Notes under the pieces: generated by a model | What the model was told of the DNA's origin: nothing | The model's input: the letters and a program-made list of their open reading frames with translations, nothing else | The model's database searches: none | Position numbers and translations under genes: made by a program | In this document: one piece after another, positions 37,478-44,755 of the stretch | How positions within the stretch are numbered: the first letter of the stretch is position 1 | How the letters are laid out: each line of letters starts with the position of its first letter | Source of the DNA: an uncultured virus (IMG/VR IMGVR_UViG_3300025127_000014) | Taxonomy: Duplodnaviria > Heunggongvirae > Uroviricota > Caudoviricetes | Length of the DNA stretch: 64,000 nucleotides | Virus record (IMG/VR): IMGVR_UViG_3300025127_000014 | Reading direction: 5' to 3' (one strand)

Positions 37478-38797
37478 ATGTCATCTTTACTTGAGCAAGC
37501 ATTCGTAGATGCTAAGGCACTTAAGGAGGCAGCCTTGAAAAATGCCGAGGCTACGATTGTCGAAAAGTATTCGACTGAGGTTAAAGAAACCTTAGAAAAA
37601 ATTCTTGAACAAGATGGATTAGAATTAGGCGCAGGCCCCCCTGATATGGGCGCCTCAATGGGCGCTGCTCCTGCTGGAGATGCTGCTGAAGATGTTCCTC
37701 TTGGTGCTGCTGAGGGTGAAGATTTGTGTCCTTGCGATGAAGAAGGTGAAGAATCAGAAATTAAAATTAATTTTGATGAGTTAGCAGAAACTCTGAATAG
37801 ACTTGAAGAAGAATTAGAAATGTCTACTCTTGACGAAGATGATGAAATTGATCTTAATGAAGAAGATTTAACCGCTCTTGCTGAAGATGATGATGTCAAG
37901 GGTGAAGAAGGCGAAAGCCCCGTAGAGGCCGCAGCCGATCAAGATGAAGAGGCTATGAAGGGCATGGAAGAAAGCATGAACCTTGATTCACTCGTAGATG
38001 CAATTATGGAAAAACTGTCTTTAGATGAAGAAGAAGATCTTGAAGAAGCTAAAGACGGTTCCGATGGCAAATACGATGATGGCGATGGTAAAGCTGAAAA
38101 ATGCGATTACGTAGACTGTGAAGGTGACGGTGAGAAAAAAGATGATAAGGACAAAGACGATTCTAAGAAAGAATCAATTGACGCTGACTCACTTGTAGAC
38201 GCTATCATGGAAAAACTTACTGTAGATATGGGCGCTGATCTTGCCGGCTGGGCCGGTAGACGTGCCGAAGACAAAAAATATGAGATGGAGAAGGAACTCG
38301 CGTCACGTAGATCCACTCAATCACAAGATGCTCACTTGGAAGAGGAAGAGACTGACACATCAGCCACCGACACCAAGACTGAGCTAGACGATTTGAAACA
38401 AGCTCAAGAAGAGTTGGTTTTCGAAAATAACCAACTCAAAGAGAAACTTCAAAACTACGCAAACGTAGTTGAGCAATTAAAAGAAAGCGTCACTGACGTT
38501 AATCTTTCTAATGCTCGTTTATTATACACGAACCGTGTGTTAAGAAATACCTCCTTAAATGAGCGGCAAAAACAAAAGATTGCCGAAGCGATTTCTAAAG
38601 CTGGTTCTGTTCCGGAAGCAAAGACAATTTTTGAAACGCTTCAAAGCACAGTGGAGTCAACGCCTAAGCGTGGACCACAATCACTGAGCGAAACGATCAA
38701 CCGTCGTTCTTCCATTCTTCGTGCTAGCAGCCGCAGTGAGGCGAAACCCGTCGATCCGCTGTCTGATAGAATGAAGAAACTAGCAGGTATTAATTAA
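37478..38797 (+). CDS. Prohead core / scaffolding protein
   Basis: Very acidic coiled-coil protein directly upstream of the capsid gene; VNLSNARLLYTN; C-terminal RMKKLAGI; start reassigned to the ATG after AGGAG. Confidence 0.8.
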   Translation: MSSLLEQAFVDAKALKEAALKNAEATIVEKYSTEVKETLEKILEQDGLELGAGPPDMGASMGAAPAGDAAEDVPLGAAEGEDLCPCDEEGEESEIKINFDELAETLNRLEEELEMSTLDEDDEIDLNEEDLTALAEDDDVKGEEGESPVEAAADQDEEAMKGMEESMNLDSLVDAIMEKLSLDEEEDLEEAKDGSDGKYDDGDGKAEKCDYVDCEGDGEKKDDKDKDDSKKESIDADSLVDAIMEKLTVDMGADLAGWAGRRAEDKKYEMEKELASRRSTQSQDAHLEEEETDTSATDTKTELDDLKQAQEELVFENNQLKEKLQNYANVVEQLKESVTDVNLSNARLLYTNRVLRNTSLNERQKQKIAEAISKAGSVPEAKTIFETLQSTVESTPKRGPQSLSETINRRSSILRASSRSEAKPVDPLSDRMKKLAGIN

Positions 38798-38815
38798 TAT
38801 AAGGAGAAATTAAAA

Positions 38816-40702
38816 ATGGCTGGTATTATTGAAAGATTGACCGAAGGTGTTGTCAATCGTGATATGCGTGCCGAAGGTCACGCCCTACTGTCAAAGTGGG
38901 AAAAGACCGGACTCTTAGAGGGTCTCGATAACGAGCGTTCCAAAAACGGTATGGCTCGTCTTCTTGAGAACCAAGCTAAGGAGCTTCTTCGCGAAGCAAG
39001 CGCAATGAACGCTGGAGATGTACAAGGTTTCGCATCTGTCGCATTCCCTATCGTTCGTCGTGTATTCGCAGGCTTGATCGCAAACGATCTTGTTTCTGTT
39101 CAACCCATGAGCCTCCCAAGTGGACTCATCTTCTTCCTTGACTTTACGTTCTCGGGAGATCTCGGTGTTGGTTCTCAAGACGGTAAGTTTGGAAACCTTG
39201 CTGGACAGTCCATTTATGGTACTGATCGTGTTGGTGCTGCAATCACTGGTGGTGTCGATCTTGTAAGTGCTGCTGGTGCTGACCTTTCTGGTCCACGCGC
39301 ATCGGCCCGTGGTTACTCGTATGGTTCGCCATCTGGCTCGACTCACTTGAGAAGTACTTTTGTTACTGCTTCTAGCATCTCGTTAGCAATGACTGACAGA
39401 GACAAAAAGAACATCCAATACGATCCAGATCTTCTGGCTCTTGGTGCTGATTCTCTTTCGTTCGCAAACGCTACACATGCTTATGCGATTATTCGTGTTT
39501 CTGCATCGTTATTGGATCAACTTGATCTTAACAACCTTTCTGCAATCACATCGTCTGCAGCTGCCCTTAAAGGCTTCTCTGCTATTGGTACTGTAGGTGA
39601 CGATGCTGTTTGTACTAAGGGAGCACAAATGGTTCGTCGCTTGACGCGCCCACTTCCGTTGAGTGGTGATGCCGATCTTGGTTCTCAAGACCGTCACGGC
39701 AACATGGTGCTGCTTACTATCGTTGGTCAAACCGGTTCGACGGGTGCTGATGAAGTTCGTGCCGCAGGTGTTGAGTACGGTGGAGTGGTTCCGCGATTTG
39801 ACCATACTGCTTCTGCTGCGCATGGTCTTAGCCTTGAGTTCCCACAAACTGATGACTTTGCTAATGGCGACAATGCTATTGGTTCTATCCAAGGTCAAAC
39901 TGTTTGGGGTCTTGAAGGTCAGCCGGGTATCCCCGAGATTGACATCAAGGTTGACAGTATCGCTGTTACCGCTCAAACTAAGAAGCTCAAGGCTAAGTGG
40001 ACTCCGGAGTTAGGCCAAGACCTTAACGCCTACCACAACCTTGACGCTGAGGTCGAGTTGACCAGCATCCTTTCGGAGCAAATCGCTCTCGAAATTGATC
40101 GTGAGATTGTTGCTGATCTTGTCAACGGTGCTACTGCTGCTACCTACTACTGGTCGCGCTCCCCCGGTCTTTTCGTAGATAAGACTAGCGGAGTCGAGCT
40201 TGGTGCATCTGCAGCTGCTCCTGACTTCACCGGTACTGTATCCGAGTGGTATGAGACTCTTGTTGAGACAATCAACGATGTGTCTGCGCAAATTCATCGC
40301 AAGACTCTTCGTGGTGGTGCTAACTTCATCGTCTGTGGACCTGAAGTTGCCAACATCCTTGAGTTCACCGCTGGATTCCGTGCTAGCGTAACCGCTGATG
40401 CAGAGACTGGTTCAATCGGTGCTGTAAATGTTGGCTCACTGAGCAAGAAGTTCGATGTTATCGTCGATCCATACTTCCTGCGTAACGTGATCCTCGTTGG
40501 TCGTCGCGGATCCTCTTTCCTTGAGAGCGGATATGTGTACGCACCATACGTGCCACTGCAAACCACTCCTACGATCTTCGGACCAGAAGACTTCGTACCA
40601 CGTAAGGGTGTCATGACCCGTTACGCGAAGAAGATGGTTCGTCCAGATATGTACGGACTCGTGATTTGTCGCGGACTGTTGGGTGAATCTGGCGGTACTT
40701 GA
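38816..40702 (+). CDS. Major capsid protein (T4 gp23-like)
   Basis: LLENQ, FPIVRRVF, VSVQPM, KLKAKWTPELGQDLNAYH, EIDREI, GYVYAPYVPL and GVMTRY; strong RBS and biased codons. Confidence 0.97.
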   Translation: MAGIIERLTEGVVNRDMRAEGHALLSKWEKTGLLEGLDNERSKNGMARLLENQAKELLREASAMNAGDVQGFASVAFPIVRRVFAGLIANDLVSVQPMSLPSGLIFFLDFTFSGDLGVGSQDGKFGNLAGQSIYGTDRVGAAITGGVDLVSAAGADLSGPRASARGYSYGSPSGSTHLRSTFVTASSISLAMTDRDKKNIQYDPDLLALGADSLSFANATHAYAIIRVSASLLDQLDLNNLSAITSSAAALKGFSAIGTVGDDAVCTKGAQMVRRLTRPLPLSGDADLGSQDRHGNMVLLTIVGQTGSTGADEVRAAGVEYGGVVPRFDHTASAAHGLSLEFPQTDDFANGDNAIGSIQGQTVWGLEGQPGIPEIDIKVDSIAVTAQTKKLKAKWTPELGQDLNAYHNLDAEVELTSILSEQIALEIDREIVADLVNGATAATYYWSRSPGLFVDKTSGVELGASAAAPDFTGTVSEWYETLVETINDVSAQIHRKTLRGGANFIVCGPEVANILEFTAGFRASVTADAETGSIGAVNVGSLSKKFDVIVDPYFLRNVILVGRRGSSFLESGYVYAPYVPLQTTPTIFGPEDFVPRKGVMTRYAKKMVRPDMYGLVICRGLLGESGGT

Positions 40703-40758
40703 TATATAAGCTTTTAGCATATATTTGGTAAAAAACCAAGATAAACACAACACAGAAA

Positions 40759-40792
40759 GCCCTCACCTTGAAAAAGGTGGGGGCCTTCTTTT
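40759..40792 (+). terminator. Rho-independent terminator after the capsid gene
   Basis: GCCCTCACCTT-GAAA-AAGGTGGGGGC hairpin followed by CTTCTTTT. Confidence 0.85.
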
Positions 40793-40872
40793 ATGCTTGA
40801 ACTAATTAATGGCGAGGCTATAAAGTCTCAACCATATGTTTTTGACATGATTATAAATGGAGGGTTTTAAAC

Positions 40873-41484
40873 ATGGGAAGTAAAAGAGTTGGTCTCGCGA
40901 GAATCGAGGCCCTATTGGAAAATTTAAAAAGAGAAATCAAACTTGGCGCCGGATCGAGCTGGGTAACAGATAAATTGATTCTGTCTGAATCTGGTACTTC
41001 AGTCTTAAGTGAGACTGTTTCTACCGGAACATCTGGCACAATTGCTGTCACTAAAAATGTAAATAACAGCATTGAAATTTCACAGCCCGCGGGAACTTAT
41101 ATAAAAGAATTAGTATGTATTCCGGCCGGTAACATTGTTACTGCTGGCAGTTCAGGTGATGATTTTGATGTTAGTATCGGTACGTCCGAACACGGAGAGC
41201 AAATTTTGGCTCTTAAAGCACTTTTGGATGACGGTGGCTCTGCTGTTACTTGGGCAGCCAACACACCACTTCAACTTATTGCAAACGGCAAAGGTAAAGG
41301 GTCAAATCACTTTGCCACTATTCCGGGTGGTCCAGCTACAAATGAAGCATTAGATCTTGCCGCTACCACTTATAGTGGGAGTGCTAGAACGTTATACTTA
41401 AACTTTAAAGCTCCTAACAGTGGAAGCAACTTAGCTACTGCTGCTACGACAATTAAAGTAATTGCTGTATTCCACACAATCTAA
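40873..41484 (+). CDS. Putative capsid decoration protein
   Basis: Beta-rich 203 aa immediately after the capsid gene; ACTAATTA variant box at 40801, GGAGG RBS, own terminator. Confidence 0.55.
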   Translation: MGSKRVGLARIEALLENLKREIKLGAGSSWVTDKLILSESGTSVLSETVSTGTSGTIAVTKNVNNSIEISQPAGTYIKELVCIPAGNIVTAGSSGDDFDVSIGTSEHGEQILALKALLDDGGSAVTWAANTPLQLIANGKGKGSNHFATIPGGPATNEALDLAATTYSGSARTLYLNFKAPNSGSNLATAATTIKVIAVFHTI

Positions 41485-41507
41485 ACTAAAATATTTATAC
41501 ATATTTT

Positions 41508-41538
41508 ACCCCTTCTTTTTGAGGGGGTTTTTCTTTTT
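41508..41538 (+). terminator. Rho-independent terminator
   Basis: ACCCCTTC-TTTTT-GAGGGGGT hairpin followed by T runs. Confidence 0.75.
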
Positions 41539-41604
41539 CAAAATAGAGATCTGCTAAAAAATTTCGGAGCCAATTTTTCCAGATTTTCGTTTTGTTAATT
41601 TAAA

Positions 41605-41612
41605 ACTATTTA
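41605..41612 (+). promoter_or_regulatory. Putative late promoter box ACTATTTA
   Basis: Upstream of the ATG at 41643. Confidence 0.65.
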
Positions 41613-41642
41613 GTATTACAGGTTTAACAGAGAGGATATATC

Positions 41643-41954
41643 ATGAACCCACGTAGAAGATTAGCTTTAAAACTTAAAGCAAGAGCAGCCCGAACACAGG
41701 CAGTTAATGAGGCAGACACGCCCACCACTGAAAAAACAGTTTTAAAAGCTGAAGAGGTGATTACTGAAACTTTAAAATCAGAAACTGCCGAAACATCAGT
41801 CCAAGCAGCACCTGAAACCCCAAAAGTTACCAAAAAATCAAAAACTACCCCAACTCCAACTTTGAAAGCAAAAACAACCAAAAAAACGACTGTTAAAAAG
41901 ACAACTAAGCCGCAAAAGACCACAAAAACTAAGACAACTAAGAAGACTTCGTAA
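41643..41954 (+). CDS. Small Lys/Thr-rich low-complexity protein (histone H1-like tail)
   Basis: C-terminal KTTKKTTVKKTTKPQKTTKTKTTKKTS; GAGG RBS. Confidence 0.7.
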   Translation: MNPRRRLALKLKARAARTQAVNEADTPTTEKTVLKAEEVITETLKSETAETSVQAAPETPKVTKKSKTTPTPTLKAKTTKKTTVKKTTKPQKTTKTKTTKKTS

Positions 41955-41990
41955 ATATCTTATATAAGTGACTGTCTTTGGCTGTGTTCA

Positions 41991-41998
41991 ACTATTTA
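41991..41998 (+). promoter_or_regulatory. Putative late promoter box ACTATTTA
   Basis: Upstream of the GTG at 42019. Confidence 0.65.
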
Positions 41999-42018
41999 GT
42001 TAATAGGAGGGTCTGTGT

Positions 42019-43296
42019 GTGCCTACAAATTTAAGTCCAAAATCACAAACAAGTGCGATTATCCTTACATCGACTGGTTCTGCAGAAGAAGTTGTATCAG
42101 CCGTACCATTTGGCATGTACACAGGCTCGGCAGCATTTCGCAGTGGCGCGTCTGATCAAGTAGCTTACGTATATAAAAAGCTCGGCGGCGACGTTGTTGA
42201 TATTGAATTGACCCCGGCTAATGTTTATGCGGCATATGAAGAAGCAGTGCTTGAATATTCGTATATATTTAATCTTCACCAAGGTAAAAATGTTATTTCA
42301 GATGCCTTGGGTGATGTGACTGGCACATTTAATCACTTAGGCCAACGCACTTCAGGGCCTGCCAGCGCGAGTTTGAGATTCCCTCGAATTGAGGCTAATT
42401 ACACTAATAAAATTGCCGATGGTATGGCCACAATGGCTGGTGTTGGTGGGACCACTACAATTTATTCAGGCTCGTTTACAACCACTAAGAATCAACAAGA
42501 TTATGATTTGCAAAAAATTATTTCAGACTCATCAGCGTCTGGACTAAACGACAACGGTGATGCCGTTGATTATTCAGGAAAAGTCACAGACAAAAGAATT
42601 ATTATAGATAAAGTATATTATCGTTCGCCAATAGCAATGTGGCGATTTTACGGCTACTACGGGGGCGTAGGTGTTGTGGGCAACTACCAGACTTATGGAC
42701 AATACGCAGATGATACTACATTTGAAATTGTTCCAACATGGCAAAACAAACTTCAAGCTATTATGTATGAAGATTCTTTGTACACAAGAGTTTCACACTA
42801 TTCATATGAATTAATAAACAATAAATTAAGACTATATCCTGCTCCAAGGGGAGAAGACAATTTTGCTGGCTACTTGGACAGAATTTGGTTTAAATTTAGA
42901 ATAAAATCTAGTATTTTTGAAGAAGAAGGTGATACAGATACGGGTATTGAAGGAATCAACAACCTTAACACACTTCCATTTGACAATATTCCTTATGAAA
43001 ATATCAATGCTATTGGTAAGCAGTGGATCAGGAAATATGCATTAGCTCTTTGCAAGGAAATGTTGGGCCAGATTAGAGGTAAATTTACAACAATTCCGAT
43101 TCCCGGTGAAAGCGTGACTCTAAACCATTCTGAGTTGTTATCTCAAGCAAAAGAAGAACAACAACAGTTAAAAGATAAGCTAATGGAAATTCTTAAAGAA
43201 GTTGAGTACCCAGAATTAGCCAAAAAAGATCAGGAGAAGGTCACTGCAGCAGAAGAAACCTTACGCCGTTCACCGCTGCCAATATTTGTAGGATAG
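42019..43296 (+). CDS. Neck / head-tail adaptor protein (T4 gp13-like)
   Basis: KKLGGDVVDIELT, WIRKYALALCKEMLGQIRGKF and IPGESVTLN; position after the capsid gene. Confidence 0.85.
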   Translation: MPTNLSPKSQTSAIILTSTGSAEEVVSAVPFGMYTGSAAFRSGASDQVAYVYKKLGGDVVDIELTPANVYAAYEEAVLEYSYIFNLHQGKNVISDALGDVTGTFNHLGQRTSGPASASLRFPRIEANYTNKIADGMATMAGVGGTTTIYSGSFTTTKNQQDYDLQKIISDSSASGLNDNGDAVDYSGKVTDKRIIIDKVYYRSPIAMWRFYGYYGGVGVVGNYQTYGQYADDTTFEIVPTWQNKLQAIMYEDSLYTRVSHYSYELINNKLRLYPAPRGEDNFAGYLDRIWFKFRIKSSIFEEEGDTDTGIEGINNLNTLPFDNIPYENINAIGKQWIRKYALALCKEMLGQIRGKFTTIPIPGESVTLNHSELLSQAKEEQQQLKDKLMEILKEVEYPELAKKDQEKVTAAEETLRRSPLPIFVG

Positions 43297-43306
43297 GAGT
43301 GAATAA

Positions 43307-43801
43307 ATGTCAGACGATAACAAATGGTCAAATCCTGATGCTCCGCCTCCACCGTTGTTTTTAGGTAAAAAAGAAAGAGATTTAGTAAAACAAGTAAACG
43401 ATGAATTAATTGAAAAAGTCATCGGACAGCAAATATTATATTATTCTATTGATTTAAGAGCAACCAAGTTTCATGAATTATACGGCGAAGCCATAAAAAA
43501 GACATATTTGCCACCTGTAAGGGTTTATGCTCTTGTGGAATTTACAGACTACTCCACTGAATATATGGAAAATGCCGGAATTGATAAATCATGGGAAATT
43601 ATGGTACATTTTCATAAAAGACGCCTTGAAGAAGATCAAGATCTCTATGTAAGAGAAGGAGACTTTGTTTTGTACGGTGATTATTATTATGAAATTGTAA
43701 TGTTGTCTGAACCAACACTGTTGTTTGGTCAGGCTAACCGTGAGTTTGAAATCGCTGCACGTTGTCGCCGCGCAAGAAAGGGTTTATTTGATGCTTCCTG
43801 A
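43307..43801 (+). CDS. Head closure / neck protein (T4 gp14-like)
   Basis: ELIEKVIGQQILYY, ELYGEA and VREGDFVLYG; follows the gp13-like gene. Confidence 0.75.
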   Translation: MSDDNKWSNPDAPPPPLFLGKKERDLVKQVNDELIEKVIGQQILYYSIDLRATKFHELYGEAIKKTYLPPVRVYALVEFTDYSTEYMENAGIDKSWEIMVHFHKRRLEEDQDLYVREGDFVLYGDYYYEIVMLSEPTLLFGQANREFEIAARCRRARKGLFDAS

Positions 43802-44663
43802 TAATTTTGACTTTGCACAGATTCCAATGAATTCAGAATTAACTTTAAAAGAGGTAGGGATGCTTGCATCTGATATTGAAAATATAGATTACTCTTTAAT
43901 GTCTTGGATGAAAAAAGATTTAGATTTAAAAGCTAGTACAAATGAAGGATTTGTAAATGTACCTGTATTATGGCAAACTCCAGAACGTTCCTTTCAGATT
44001 AAAAATGAAAAAGAATTAAGAGATGATGCAGGTGCCCTTAAATTACCTCTGATAAGCGTTGAAAGGACTAACATCACTAAAGATCCAGAAAGAAAAGGCT
44101 CATATCAAGCACACTTATATTCAACGGACTATAATGGTCGTGTGGGCCGCATGATTTTAGCTAAAAAAATCAAGCAAGACAAAACGCGCAATTTTGCTGT
44201 TGTTGAAGCCACTAGAAATGACACTACTGGCGTAAATCAAAAGTTTTTTCCAAGAACAAACAAAAAAATTGTTATTCAAACTTTATCAATACCAATTCCT
44301 GTTTATGTTAATGTTGAATATAAAATTGTAATCAAATGTGAATACCAACAACAAATGAATGAAATGATGGCGCCATTTATTACAAGAACAGGCCAAATCA
44401 ATTCATTTACGATGAAAAGAAATGGACACTCTTATGAAGCCTTTATTGATCAAAGTTTCACACATAACAATAATGTATCAAACTTGAATGAAGAAATGAG
44501 AATGTTTTCTTCCGAAATCAATATAAGAGTTTTAGGGTATCTTATGGGCGAAGGAGAAAACGACGACAGGCCTATTGTGCGTGTTGATGAGAATATTGTT
44601 GAGGTTTCTTTTCCTCGTGAGCATACCCCGTTACCCGGCGCCGAAGACTTTTTTGGCTCATAA
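43791..44663 (+). CDS. Tail terminator / sheath stabiliser (T4 gp15-like)
   Basis: Between neck and sheath; VPVLWQTPER, LPLISVER and IPVYVNVEY; start reassigned to 43791. Confidence 0.65.
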   Translation: MLPDNFDFAQIPMNSELTLKEVGMLASDIENIDYSLMSWMKKDLDLKASTNEGFVNVPVLWQTPERSFQIKNEKELRDDAGALKLPLISVERTNITKDPERKGSYQAHLYSTDYNGRVGRMILAKKIKQDKTRNFAVVEATRNDTTGVNQKFFPRTNKKIVIQTLSIPIPVYVNVEYKIVIKCEYQQQMNEMMAPFITRTGQINSFTMKRNGHSYEAFIDQSFTHNNNVSNLNEEMRMFSSEINIRVLGYLMGEGENDDRPIVRVDENIVEVSFPREHTPLPGAEDFFGS

Positions 44664-44696
44664 AACACTTCCTGAAGTGTGTTTGAGATTAAAAAT

Positions 44697-44704
44697 ACTA
44701 TTTA
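44697..44704 (+). promoter_or_regulatory. Putative late promoter box ACTATTTA
   Basis: Upstream of sheath 1. Confidence 0.65.
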
Positions 44705-44755
44705 TTTTTGATTGCGTAAGCATTTAGAACGTTATATCATTAAGAGGGACGTAGA

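Noticed and set aside
33656..40869. Identical 13-mer ATGGAGGGTTTTA before genes 33672 and 40873 as a dedicated operator
   Set aside because: It is mostly the Shine-Dalgarno plus a T spacer, and it also occurs inside the SbcCD coding sequence at 15742.
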